In this document: positions 47,426-57,290 of the stretch, piece after piece
Layout of the letters: the number at the start of each line of letters is the position of its first letter
Numbering within the stretch: position 1 is the stretch's first letter
Source of the DNA: Mycoplasmatota bacterium
Lineage (GTDB): Bacteria; Bacillota_I; Bacilli_A; MAG-NZ
Direction of reading: 5' to 3'
Length of the DNA stretch: 64,000 nucleotides
Assembly: GCA_018394315.1 (NCBI GenBank)
Contig: CP074575.1
Location: forward strand, 1,148,615 to 1,212,614
The notes under the pieces: generated by a model
The model's input: the letters and a program-made list of their open reading frames with translations, nothing else
The model's database searches: none
What the model was told of the DNA's origin: nothing
Made by a program: the position numbers and the translations under genes

Positions 47426-47892
47426 TGATGAAAAAACTAAATTTTGTAGTAAATAATAGAAAATATTCAATTGAAGTGGACCCAAGAAAAACTTTGTTGG
47501 ATGTATTGAGAGAAGATTTGAAACTTACGGGTACAAAAAAAGGTTGTGGAAGTGGTGAATGTGGTGCTTGTACAGTCGTAATTGATGGACAAAATGTGAA
47601 TTCTTGTATGGTATTTGCGCTAGATATGGAAGGAAAAGAAGTAATTACAATTGAAGGACTTGCTCCTAAAAGTGGTGAAATCCATCCGATACAACAGGCA
47701 TTTGTTGACCATGGAGCTATTCAATGTGGATTTTGCTCTCCTGGTATGATTATGTCTACTTCAGCAATATTAGAAAAGCATGAAAAACCTACAGAAGAGC
47801 AAATTAGAGAAGGAATTTCTGGTAACTTATGTCGCTGTACTGGTTACGTTAAAATTGTAGACGCTATCCAATCGTTAGCGGAAAATAAGTAG
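47425..47892 (+). CDS. Molybdenum hydroxylase 2x[2Fe-2S] subunit (CoxS-like)
   Basis: GCGSGECGACTV, QCGFCSPG and GNLCRCTGY motifs. Confidence 0.95.
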   Translation: MMKKLNFVVNNRKYSIEVDPRKTLLDVLREDLKLTGTKKGCGSGECGACTVVIDGQNVNSCMVFALDMEGKEVITIEGLAPKSGEIHPIQQAFVDHGAIQCGFCSPGMIMSTSAILEKHEKPTEEQIREGISGNLCRCTGYVKIVDAIQSLAENK

Positions 47893-47906
47893 AAGGAGGA
47901 TTTGAT

Positions 47907-50177
47907 ATGAGTTTTTCAGTAGTAGGGAAAGATATTAAAAAAGTTGATGGTATAGCTAAGGCTAAAGGAGTAGCTAGATATATCGGTGATATAGAATTTC
48001 CAGGTATGTTATACGCTAAAATATTAAGAAGTCCCCATCCTCATGCAAAAGTATTAAGTGTTGATATAAGTGAAGCAGAAAAATTAGATGGTGTTCATGC
48101 AATTGTCACTCCTGAACATCAACCTAAGACACGTTACAATATGGCTGGGTTTCCACCAAACGCAGAAGAATTTCCTTTAATTGAAGATCAGTTAATACTA
48201 ACTGATCATCCAATGTATGTTGGTGATCCAATATGTGCTGTTGCAGCAGATACTGAAGAAATTGCCGAAAATGCATGTAAATTAATAAAAGTAGAATATG
48301 AAATTTTACCTCATGTAATATTTGCTGAAGATGCGATGAAAGAGGATGCACCTAAGTTAAGAGAAGAAGGAAATGTAATGTTCGAAGCGCCAATAAAATT
48401 TGGTGATATTGATGCAGCCTTTGCTGAATCAGCATTAATAGTAAAAGAATCGTATTCTACACAAAAAGTTTATCAAGCAACTATTGAACCAACTAGTGGT
48501 TGTGTAGCAATGTGGGATGATTCCGGTAAATTAACTGTTTATTCTCCGACTCAAATGCCGCATTTAGCTCGAAAAATAATCGGAACAGCTTTAGATATGC
48601 GTCTTGGAGATATAAGACTTATTAAGCCTCATGTTGGTGGTGGATTTGGAGCTAGACTAGGGTTAGTTATTGAGCCTTTAACAGCTTTATTAGCAAAACA
48701 TGCAGGTAGACCTGTAAAATTAATATATACACGTGAGGAAGCTATGGCATTTTCAGAACATAGACATCCGTGTAAAATGGATATGGAACTAGGATTCACC
48801 AAAGAAGGTAGAATTACTGGTATGAGATTTACAAATATTGTTGAAGGTGGAGCATACGCTACACATACGCCTTCAATTGCAGGAATTGTTGGTCCATGGG
48901 CATTTGGTATGTATAAAATGCAAGCAGTTGACTATTTAGGAAAGGCTGTACTTACAAACTCAATGTATAATGGAGCATATCGCGGTTATGGAAATCCACA
49001 AGCGAGTTGGGCTATTGAAAATACAATGGATATAGCTGCAGAAAAACTAGGGATAGATGATTTAGAAATAAGAAAAATTAATGGGTTCGGTGATGATGAC
49101 ATTTGGCCATGGAGTCAACTTCCGGTAGAAAGTTCAGGATTAAATGAATGTATCGATAAAGGTGCTGAAAGTATTGGATGGCATGAGAAACGAGGAAAAA
49201 AATTAGGTACATCAACAAAACCTCGTGGTATTGGTATGGCAGTAAGTTGCCATGTAAGTGGAGCAAAGCCTGGTTTATTAGAAATCAGTGGAGCATATGT
49301 TAAGATCAATGAAGATGGTACTGCTAACTTGATTATTGGTAATGCAGATATTGGTCAAGGTTCGACGACTGCATTAGCACAAATTTGTGCTGAAGAACTA
49401 GGTGTTAAGTTTGAGGATATAATTGTAGAAACTGATGCGGTAGATACTAATTATACGTTATTTGACATTGGATCACATGCAAGTCGACAAATGAACTCAG
49501 GTGGTAATGTAGTTGCAAAAGCAGCTAGAGAAGCAAAAGGAAAAATGTTAGAAGAAGCTGCTGTTATGCTGGATGTTAAGGCAGGGGATCTTGATGCTAA
49601 AGATGGAATCATTTTTGTAAAAGATAATCCAACTAAATCATTAACATACGGTGAAGTTTCTTTCGAAGCGCACTTCAAACCAGAGGGTACACAAATTTTC
49701 GGAACATCAAGTGAGAACCCAGAAGGAAATCCTCCTGTGTATGCAGCACAGTTTGCTGAAGTAGAAGTTGATACTGAAACTGGTGTTGTTTCTGTAATTA
49801 AATTTGTTGCAGCTCATGATACTGGTGTAGTAATTAACCCATTAAATACTACAGGTCAGATTGATGGTGGAGCTCATCATGGTATTGGATTTGCTTTAAC
49901 AGAGGAATCAGTAGTAAATCCTGAAACTGGGTTATTAGAAAATAGAGACTTGGCAAACTATAAAATTTTAACTGCAATGGATATGCCTGAAGTAGTTTCA
50001 ATTGCAGTAGAAACACCAGCAAAAACTTCGTCGCATGGACAAAAGAGTGTTGGAGAATCAGGATTAATCGCAACTGCGCCAGCTATTTCAAATGCAGTAT
50101 ACAATGCAATTGGGGTAAGAATCACAGACTTACCAATAACACCTGATAAAGTTTTAGCTGCATTAGCTAAAAAGTAA
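47907..50177 (+). CDS. Molybdenum hydroxylase molybdopterin-binding subunit (xanthine dehydrogenase family)
   Basis: RSPHPHA, TQMPH, VGGGFG, AYRGYG.PQ, GQG, ASR and KSVGE motifs. Confidence 0.93.
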   Translation: MSFSVVGKDIKKVDGIAKAKGVARYIGDIEFPGMLYAKILRSPHPHAKVLSVDISEAEKLDGVHAIVTPEHQPKTRYNMAGFPPNAEEFPLIEDQLILTDHPMYVGDPICAVAADTEEIAENACKLIKVEYEILPHVIFAEDAMKEDAPKLREEGNVMFEAPIKFGDIDAAFAESALIVKESYSTQKVYQATIEPTSGCVAMWDDSGKLTVYSPTQMPHLARKIIGTALDMRLGDIRLIKPHVGGGFGARLGLVIEPLTALLAKHAGRPVKLIYTREEAMAFSEHRHPCKMDMELGFTKEGRITGMRFTNIVEGGAYATHTPSIAGIVGPWAFGMYKMQAVDYLGKAVLTNSMYNGAYRGYGNPQASWAIENTMDIAAEKLGIDDLEIRKINGFGDDDIWPWSQLPVESSGLNECIDKGAESIGWHEKRGKKLGTSTKPRGIGMAVSCHVSGAKPGLLEISGAYVKINEDGTANLIIGNADIGQGSTTALAQICAEELGVKFEDIIVETDAVDTNYTLFDIGSHASRQMNSGGNVVAKAAREAKGKMLEEAAVMLDVKAGDLDAKDGIIFVKDNPTKSLTYGEVSFEAHFKPEGTQIFGTSSENPEGNPPVYAAQFAEVEVDTETGVVSVIKFVAAHDTGVVINPLNTTGQIDGGAHHGIGFALTEESVVNPETGLLENRDLANYKILTAMDMPEVVSIAVETPAKTSSHGQKSVGESGLIATAPAISNAVYNAIGVRITDLPITPDKVLAALAKK

Positions 50178-50243
50178 TAAATTAAAGAGTCTGTTTTAAC
50201 TACAGGCTTTTTATTTTAACTCATACATGAGGAAGAGGTAAAT

Positions 50244-51218
50244 ATGAAGTTAAAAACTATTAAAACTGTAGACGCTGTAGGACAAGTCTTATGTCACGAT
50301 ATTACTAAAATTGTTCCTAATGAGTTTAAGGGCAGACTATTTAAAAAAGGTCATATCGTTCGAGAAGAGGATATAGAAGTATTACTAAGTTTAGGTAAAG
50401 ACATTCTATATGTATGGGAAGATATAGAAGGTCTAGTTCATGAAAACGATGCAGCGATAAGATTAAAGAATGTTATTAAAGGTAATAACTTAGATGTATC
50501 AGTTGTAAAAGAAGGAAAAATCAATTTAATTAGTAAGGTTGATGGACTTTTGAAAATAAATACTGATTTACTTTTTAAAATAAATATGATTGACGAAGTA
50601 ATTGTAGCTACTAAACCAAACTTAATGTTTGTAAAAAAAGGTGATACAGTTGCTTCGACAAGAGTAATTCCATTATTAATTGATGAAAAAAAATTAATTG
50701 AAGTAGAAAATATTGTAGATGAGAAAGTAATAAATATATTACCATTAAAGACAAAGAAAGTAGCTATGGTTACAACAGGAAATGAGATTTTTTATGGAAG
50801 AATTAAAGATAAATTTAAGGAAATCTTATTACCTAAGCTTAGTGAGTATGGTTGTGAATTTATAGGTCAAACAATAGTACCTGATGATTTAGAAGAAGTA
50901 ACAAAAGCAATTAAGAACCACTTAGAAGAAGGTGCAGAACTAATAATATGTACTGGAGGAATGAGTGTTGATCCATCTGATATAACTCCGCAAGGGATTA
51001 TAAATACTGGAAGTAAGATAGTAACATATGGAATGCCAGTATTATCTGGATCAATGACTTTAATCGCATATAATGGAAATGTTCCAATCATAGGTTTACC
51101 AGCAGGAGTATTATTTGCTAAAAAATCAACAGTAGATGTAATATTACATAGATTACTATGTGATGATTTAATTACACGAGAAGAAGTAGCATTATATGGT
51201 AATGGTGGTTTATTATAG
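50244..51218 (+). CDS. Molybdopterin-binding protein (MoeA-related)
   Basis: AVG.VLCHDIT.I, HENDAA, TTGNE, TGGMSVDP.D.TP and YG.PVL.G motifs. Confidence 0.85.
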   Translation: MKLKTIKTVDAVGQVLCHDITKIVPNEFKGRLFKKGHIVREEDIEVLLSLGKDILYVWEDIEGLVHENDAAIRLKNVIKGNNLDVSVVKEGKINLISKVDGLLKINTDLLFKINMIDEVIVATKPNLMFVKKGDTVASTRVIPLLIDEKKLIEVENIVDEKVINILPLKTKKVAMVTTGNEIFYGRIKDKFKEILLPKLSEYGCEFIGQTIVPDDLEEVTKAIKNHLEEGAELIICTGGMSVDPSDITPQGIINTGSKIVTYGMPVLSGSMTLIAYNGNVPIIGLPAGVLFAKKSTVDVILHRLLCDDLITREEVALYGNGGLL

Positions 51219-51228
51219 AATTTTTATC

Positions 51229-51255
51229 AAAAAAGCATCTAATGATGCTTTTTTT
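51229..51255 (+). terminator. Intrinsic terminator
   Basis: AAAAAAGCATC-TAAT-GATGCTTTTTT. Confidence 0.75.
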
Positions 51256-51313
51256 ATATTAGAACCTTGTAAAATATTAGGAATCAATCTAATTTAGAAT
51301 CAATGTTGTCAAT

Positions 51314-51352
51314 TTTGTGTAAAACGCAAAAAAGTTATTGCGTTTTACACAA
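51314..51352. promoter_or_regulatory. 16-bp-arm inverted repeat upstream of the ABC exporter pair, probable operator
   Basis: TTTGTGTAAAACGCAA-N7-TTGCGTTTTACACAAA, overlapping a TTGCGT/TATTAT candidate promoter. Confidence 0.55.
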
Positions 51353-51479
51353 TAATAGTATATTATAATAATGGAATGCAAAAAGTATGGATATAGAGTG
51401 CTAAACTTAAGAATATAAGTACTTGATAAAACAAGAAATCACGATATCTCATATGTGGAAATAATTAAAGGAGGAATGA

Positions 51480-53138
51480 ATGAAAGAATTATTATTAAAA
51501 AGAAAATCTAAGTTTTTTCTTTATGTAGTAGCATGTTTTTTACCTATTATTAGTGATTTATTAAGAACTGGAGTATTTGCTTTATTCTTTGGGGCGATTG
51601 AGCAACAAGATAGATCATCCTTTGTTAGAATATGTATTTATGCGGGAATTTACGTTTTGGTAGGATTTTTTATCTATTTAGCTTCAAGGATGCTTAGAAT
51701 TGGCTTTATGAGGGATGTAGTTTTAGAGATTAGAAAAAAAGCATTTAGAAAAATTATAAGAACCTCATACAAGGAATTTAGCAAGAAATCCAAGGATATG
51801 TACATATCAAATCTTGTTAATGACATTAATACTTTTGAGTCTGAATTTTTTGTAAACTTAATAAGATTTATTTATCATACAGGAACATATGTTATATCGT
51901 TATTAATAATTGCATACTTAGATTTATATTTAGCAGGGTTTTTATTTGTGTTTTCGATAATTATGTATTTCATAATAAATAAGTTTCAAAAGAAGACCAT
52001 AAAGTTACAACAAGATGTATCAAGTCAGAATGAAGATTATACATTAAATATGGCCAATACATTTAATGGGTTAGAGATATTAAAACTGAATAATATTGAG
52101 GAAAAATTTTTAGATAAGAGTTATGGATTAATTGAAGAGTTAGAAGGAAAGAAATTTAAGTTTAGATTTTTTTCGCACTCTCAAAATAATTTTTCGAGTA
52201 CAATGGGGAATTTAGTATTTCTCTTAACATTAACGTACTTATTAACTAGAATGAATATTGGTGATAGTAATCTAGGATTTGGTATAATAGCTTTCATTAT
52301 ACAAATATCAATAAATGTAGTGTTTTCTTTATCAGAAATCCTACCAAAAATCAATGTTATTAAATCATCTGAAGCAATCTATAACAAAATTACAAAACAA
52401 GATGAACAGGAGAAGAAAAGCCTTACAAGATCCAAAAGATTTATCTTTAATAATAAAATTGAGGTAAAAGATTTATATTTTAATCATGATGAAAAAGAAG
52501 TTTTAAAAGGAGTATCTTTTAACATCGAGAAAGGCAAAAAGTATTTAATTAAAGGTGCAAGCGGTGTTGGAAAATCTACTCTTATGAAGTTGTTATCATT
52601 AACATTTGATGACTATAAAGGACAGATCACGATTGATGGTTTAGATTATAAAGTAATTAATGAAAATTCATTTAATGAAAGTGTAGCTTTTGTGTATCAA
52701 GATGTTTTCTTATTTGAGGACACAATAAAGAATAACATTACTTTATTTAAGGATCTAGGTGAAGAAAGAGTAATAGACTCAGTAAACAAAGCGGGACTTA
52801 AGGATTTTGTTGATGAGAAAAAGGATGGTGTTTATAGTTTCATCACTGAGAATGGTAAGAATTTATCTGGAGGAGAACGCCAAAGAATTTCTATCGCGCG
52901 TGCAATAGTAAAAGATGCGGATATTCTATTTATTGATGAGGGAACATCGGCATTAAATGAAGAATTGGGAAGAGAAATTGAAAAAACGTTTTTATCTTTA
53001 GATAAGACAGTTATTTCTATCAGTCATCGTTATTATGAGGGAATCAGTGAGAGATATGATTACGTTATTGAAATAAAGAATGGGAAAATAGAAGTGTACG
53101 CTAGTAATGTTTATTTTGGGGAGGTAGTATATGTTTAG
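51480..53138 (+). CDS. ABC exporter, fused TMD-NBD
   Basis: TM domain, GASGVGKST, LSGGERQ, IDEGTSALN and ISHR. Confidence 0.92.
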   Translation: MKELLLKRKSKFFLYVVACFLPIISDLLRTGVFALFFGAIEQQDRSSFVRICIYAGIYVLVGFFIYLASRMLRIGFMRDVVLEIRKKAFRKIIRTSYKEFSKKSKDMYISNLVNDINTFESEFFVNLIRFIYHTGTYVISLLIIAYLDLYLAGFLFVFSIIMYFIINKFQKKTIKLQQDVSSQNEDYTLNMANTFNGLEILKLNNIEEKFLDKSYGLIEELEGKKFKFRFFSHSQNNFSSTMGNLVFLLTLTYLLTRMNIGDSNLGFGIIAFIIQISINVVFSLSEILPKINVIKSSEAIYNKITKQDEQEKKSLTRSKRFIFNNKIEVKDLYFNHDEKEVLKGVSFNIEKGKKYLIKGASGVGKSTLMKLLSLTFDDYKGQITIDGLDYKVINENSFNESVAFVYQDVFLFEDTIKNNITLFKDLGEERVIDSVNKAGLKDFVDEKKDGVYSFITENGKNLSGGERQRISIARAIVKDADILFIDEGTSALNEELGREIEKTFLSLDKTVISISHRYYEGISERYDYVIEIKNGKIEVYASNVYFGEVVYV

Positions 53139-54747
53139 TAGAATAAGAAGTAATTTACCACTCTTCATAATGTTAGTTATATTCTTATTGGTATTAGGCG
53201 CATTGAATATCTTTTTACCTTTAGAAATTAAAACAATAGTTGATCTAACAATTAAGGGTAATACCAGTGAGTTCTGGAAACATGCAATTATAGTTGTATC
53301 ATTGATTGTTATATTCTTCCCTACTCAATTACTTGTCAATTGGTCTGAGGGTCTATTTATAAAAAAATGCCTAAAATCAATGAAGGCTAATTATATTAAG
53401 AGAGTGTTTAATAAAAATATCAATGAGTTTCAAGCAGAGAATAATGCGAACTATTTATCAAGTTTAACAAACGATTTCAACTTAATCGAAAAAAATTATT
53501 TAGAGCCAATTATAGCTATTGTTAGTAGTGTAATATTTTTTGCTGCTGGGATTATTTTAATCTCAATTGTTAGTCCATATATATTATTAATGGCTGTTGG
53601 TTTAATAATTATTAACATTATTATCGCTAGTATTGCTTCAAAACCATTAAATGAAAATACTAAACAAAGAAGTGAGTTGTTCAATAAATATACATCTTAT
53701 ATAAAGGAAGTACTATCAGCATTCCATATTATTAAAACTAATAATCTGACTGACAAAGTAGAAAAAGACTTTAGTGAAACAAGTTACAAAGTGCAACAAA
53801 AAGGTTATACGATCGATAAGATACTATCTGTTGTATTTGCTATTCAAAATTTAAATTTTAATTTAACTTTCTTTGGCTTGATAATTGTTGTTGGAATTAT
53901 GGCATTGAATGGAAATGTAACATTAGGTGGTGTTGTATTAATTGTACAAAGTACAGATAAGTTAGTGTGGCCAGTACAGCAGTTTTCTGAATCACTTCCT
54001 AAAGTGCTATCAGTTAAGTCGATCTTTAATAAGATTGATGAGAGTCTTATAAATAAAGTAGAGTATGCTGAAACCTTATCTTTTAATGGTTTCGAGGATG
54101 AAATTAAGTTTAGTGATGTAAACTTTAGCTATGAAGAAAACGAAATATTGAAAGATGTTAATTTCACCTTTAAGAAGAATAAGAAGTACTTGTTAGTGGG
54201 ACCTAGTGGAGGAGGAAAATCTACTATTCTAAGATTACTAAGAAAGTATTTTAATCCTGGGAGTGGTAAAATAGTAATAGATGAAAAACCATTACTCGAT
54301 ATTAAGAAAGATCAATATTTCTCACATATTTCTAATATTGAACAACAAGTTTTCTTGTTTGAAGACACTATACGTAATAATTTAACACTTTATAAGGAAT
54401 ATTCGGATGAAGAAATCCTGGATGCCATTGAGAAAGCTGGGTTAACAGACTTTGTTCAAGGCTTACAAAGCGGGCTAGACTCGGTTGTGTATGACAATGG
54501 TAAAAATATATCAGGAGGAGAAAGAAGTCGTATAGCCATTGCTAGAGGACTAATTAGAAAAGCAGAAATAATTTTTCTAGATGAGGCTTTTGCAAGTTTA
54601 GATATTGAAAAAGCTAAAGGTATTGAAAAGAGTATTCTAAATCTGAATAATGTTACAATTATAAATGTGAGTCATGTTGTATTCAAAGAACATGAGAATT
54701 TGTATGATGAAGTATTAATTGTTAAAGATAAATCAATTTATTCTTAA
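53131..54747 (+). CDS. ABC exporter, fused TMD-NBD (probable heterodimer partner)
   Basis: TM domain, GPSGGGKST, ISGGERS, LDEAFASLD and VSH. Confidence 0.92.
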   Translation: MFSRIRSNLPLFIMLVIFLLVLGALNIFLPLEIKTIVDLTIKGNTSEFWKHAIIVVSLIVIFFPTQLLVNWSEGLFIKKCLKSMKANYIKRVFNKNINEFQAENNANYLSSLTNDFNLIEKNYLEPIIAIVSSVIFFAAGIILISIVSPYILLMAVGLIIINIIIASIASKPLNENTKQRSELFNKYTSYIKEVLSAFHIIKTNNLTDKVEKDFSETSYKVQQKGYTIDKILSVVFAIQNLNFNLTFFGLIIVVGIMALNGNVTLGGVVLIVQSTDKLVWPVQQFSESLPKVLSVKSIFNKIDESLINKVEYAETLSFNGFEDEIKFSDVNFSYEENEILKDVNFTFKKNKKYLLVGPSGGGKSTILRLLRKYFNPGSGKIVIDEKPLLDIKKDQYFSHISNIEQQVFLFEDTIRNNLTLYKEYSDEEILDAIEKAGLTDFVQGLQSGLDSVVYDNGKNISGGERSRIAIARGLIRKAEIIFLDEAFASLDIEKAKGIEKSILNLNNVTIINVSHVVFKEHENLYDEVLIVKDKSIYS

Positions 54748-54786
54748 ATTATGATTAAACTAGGTTAATTTCAGTTAAATTAAATA

Positions 54787-54837
54787 AAGTAAATACCCCT
54801 AAAAGTGGAGATCAGTACTTTTAGGAGTATTTTACTT
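54787..54837. terminator. Terminator hairpin between convergent operons
   Basis: AAATACCCCTAAAAGT-N10-ACTTTTAGGAGTATTT. Confidence 0.6.
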
Positions 54838-54877
54838 ATATAGAGGAGAACCTTATTAATACAAATTGGTCTAATTA

Positions 54878-56629
54878 TTAATTACCGGGTTGCATTACAG
54901 GGCGCCATTCTTGAGCTTCGCCCATAGTAATATTTTTTTCTTTTAGTGTTTCTATATTGATTAATACTATACTAGCCTTTCGAGTATTTTCCCTAGAGAA
55001 GATTAAATTCTTACCATCATTAGTCCAGGTAGGTACCCATTCATCGTGTTTATTGTTTGTTAAGATTCTTTTATTTGAACCATCAGCATCCATTATCGCT
55101 ATATTCCAATATTCATTATATAATGTTGAGAATGCTAATTTGCTTCCGTCTGGAGAATACTCAGCTCTTGAACAATTTAAAGCTACTAGTTCAGGAGTTG
55201 GTATTTCAAAATCTTTTTTGTTAGGAATTTTAACTCTATACGTATCCTGAGTCTCATTGAAACTCGTAAATATAACATATTCATCATCTAAAGACCATGC
55301 TGGCCAAAAATCATCAGCTAGACCGGGTGTAATTTGTTTTTCATCTGTGCCATCAGAGTTTATTAAATAGATAGATCTTATATAATCTTTTGTTGATGCG
55401 TAAGCTATATAATTTCCATCATGCGACCATGATGCAGCCCTTTTAGATGTTCCTCCGTAAGTTAGTTGCTGTTTATTACTTCCATCTGCATCCATTGTGA
55501 AAAGTTGCTCTATTCTATCTACTAACGATGAGTAAAGAATTTTTTTTCCGTCTGGTGACCAAGATGGAACAACGTTATTTACATCATTATCGGTTAATTT
55601 AGTCAAATTAGATCCATCGATATTGACTGTATATATATTTCTTTTACCTTCAATATTTGAATCGAATACTATTTTCTTTTTTACAGGACGCCAATCAGGT
55701 CCCCAATCTGACGATGGATCAAAGGTAAGCTGTCTCATATCTTTACCTTCAGAATTCATTATATAAATGTCTGCAGGTTTAGCTGCTTCTAAGTCACAAG
55801 CTATCCACTTACTGTCAGGAGACCATACAGGAATCCATAATGTTCCCAGATCAGAGTTAGTTAGCTGTTCTCTATTTGTACCATCAGAATTCATTATGTT
55901 AATCTCATACGAACCATGATATAAAATCTTACTTCCATCAGGAGACCAATCAATATAGCCTGTTGGTTCACCTTCTATAATTGTTACTTCAGGATACTCA
56001 TTACTACTATCAATATCCTCAACTTTGATCAGTCCAAGTTGTTGTCTAAATCCAACTTTTGTAGTGAAACCTATCCATTTACCATCTGGTGAAAATGTTG
56101 GAGCTTTATCATCGCTTGAGATGTCTGTTAATCTACGTTGATTAGATCCATCAGAATTCATTATATAGATTTCAGAATTTCCATCTCTACTTGATTCGAA
56201 AACTATTCTATCACCATCAGGAGACCAGTCTGGAAGGTGGTCTTCACCTTTAGAATTAGTTAATCTAGAAGGAGTGATTTCTTCGTCCATGACGTTAATT
56301 GTGTATAACTCTCTATTTCCATCCATCGTTGAGAAGAAAACAATTCGATTGCCATCAGGTGCCCAATCTCCATGTCCTTCAAAAGATGGTAAATCTAATA
56401 GTACTCTACAATTCGTTCCATCAGCGTTGATTAAGTAAAGATCTCTGTCTCCTCCACGCTCTGAAGTAAAAAGAATCTCACCATCAACATGAGCTGGTTT
56501 CTCTTCTACAATTTCTTGAATCGAATTGTCGGGTTGATTTTCAATATTAGTTTCAACTTCAGTTGGATTACTTTCTAGATTACAACCACTGACAGTTAGT
56601 AGAACTAGTAAGCAAACAATAAATTTCAT
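54878..56629 (-). CDS. Lipoprotein with about 12 PD40/TolB-like repeats (probably two beta-propellers)
   Basis: Lipobox VSGC; repeated P.WSPDG..I.F and IY.MN.DG....LT units; SD GGGG before ATG 56629. Confidence 0.85.
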   Translation of the reverse strand: MKFIVCLLVLLTVSGCNLESNPTEVETNIENQPDNSIQEIVEEKPAHVDGEILFTSERGGDRDLYLINADGTNCRVLLDLPSFEGHGDWAPDGNRIVFFSTMDGNRELYTINVMDEEITPSRLTNSKGEDHLPDWSPDGDRIVFESSRDGNSEIYIMNSDGSNQRRLTDISSDDKAPTFSPDGKWIGFTTKVGFRQQLGLIKVEDIDSSNEYPEVTIIEGEPTGYIDWSPDGSKILYHGSYEINIMNSDGTNREQLTNSDLGTLWIPVWSPDSKWIACDLEAAKPADIYIMNSEGKDMRQLTFDPSSDWGPDWRPVKKKIVFDSNIEGKRNIYTVNIDGSNLTKLTDNDVNNVVPSWSPDGKKILYSSLVDRIEQLFTMDADGSNKQQLTYGGTSKRAASWSHDGNYIAYASTKDYIRSIYLINSDGTDEKQITPGLADDFWPAWSLDDEYVIFTSFNETQDTYRVKIPNKKDFEIPTPELVALNCSRAEYSPDGSKLAFSTLYNEYWNIAIMDADGSNKRILTNNKHDEWVPTWTNDGKNLIFSRENTRKASIVLINIETLKEKNITMGEAQEWRPVMQPGN

Positions 56630-56630
56630 T

Positions 56631-57194
56631 TTATTTCCCCCATTTATTTTTTTCAAAGTATGAAAAAGCTTCAATTGCTTCAACTACAAGCTCTGTAATC
56701 TGATTTTCAGTAAAAGCATTAGGATTCTGGTTCATGATTAATGCAAGTCCGTGCTTGAAAAGGGATAGTTTTTCATACATTATCTTTAGTGTCTCTATAT
56801 CAAGTTGATCCATTTTATTTCCTCTTTTTACCATGGAAATTTCGAAATCCGGGTTCTCGAATCTTAATCTAAGGTTTTTACCCGATATGTAAAGATATTT
56901 AAATAAATTTCTTTCTTTCCTAGCGAATTCAACGTACCCTATACATAATCTTAAAAATGGATCTTCATTTTCATTTGATAATAGATAATCATTAACCATT
57001 ATGTCATATATCTTTTTTGTAACAGCATTTTCCAATTCTTTAATTGATTTAAACTGGCTATAGATAGGTTGCGTAGAACAATTGATTTTTGCGGAGATTT
57101 TTCTTGTAGTAAAAGAATCTGTTCCTTCACTCTTTATCAAATCAATAGCTGCATCAATGATAGTATTTTTGTGTATTTGTGTTTTTCTAGGCAT
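56631..57194 (-). CDS. TetR-family transcriptional regulator
   Basis: IIDAA..LI..EG....TR.I...I.CSTQPIY..F HTH. Confidence 0.9.
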   Translation of the reverse strand: MPRKTQIHKNTIIDAAIDLIKSEGTDSFTTRKISAKINCSTQPIYSQFKSIKELENAVTKKIYDIMVNDYLLSNENEDPFLRLCIGYVEFARKERNLFKYLYISGKNLRLRFENPDFEISMVKRGNKMDQLDIETLKIMYEKLSLFKHGLALIMNQNPNAFTENQITELVVEAIEAFSYFEKNKWGK

Positions 57195-57212
57195 ATTTTC
57201 TCCTTATATAAC

Positions 57213-57244
57213 TATTGTAATATAACAAGCGTTATATTACAATA
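57213..57244. promoter_or_regulatory. Probable TetR operator
   Basis: TATTGTAATATAAC-AAGC-GTTATATTACAATA, perfect 14-bp arms, immediately upstream of tetR. Confidence 0.7.
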
Positions 57245-57290
57245 AGTTTTTTTATTTTTTATTTTTTTTTCAATCGTACTAATGAGAATG

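Noticed and set aside
33910..50177. Selenocysteine read-through in yedF or the Mo-hydroxylase subunits
   Set aside because: These ORFs appear full length and end in TAA or TAG; I saw no in-frame TGA at a conserved Cys position.
51396..51404. GAGTGCTAA, the right half of a CIRCE element
   Set aside because: The left arm TTAGCACTC is absent at the 9-nt spacing.
54878..56629. Repeated nucleotide motifs resembling an array
   Set aside because: They are degenerate PD40 protein repeats, not CRISPR or DNA tandem repeats.
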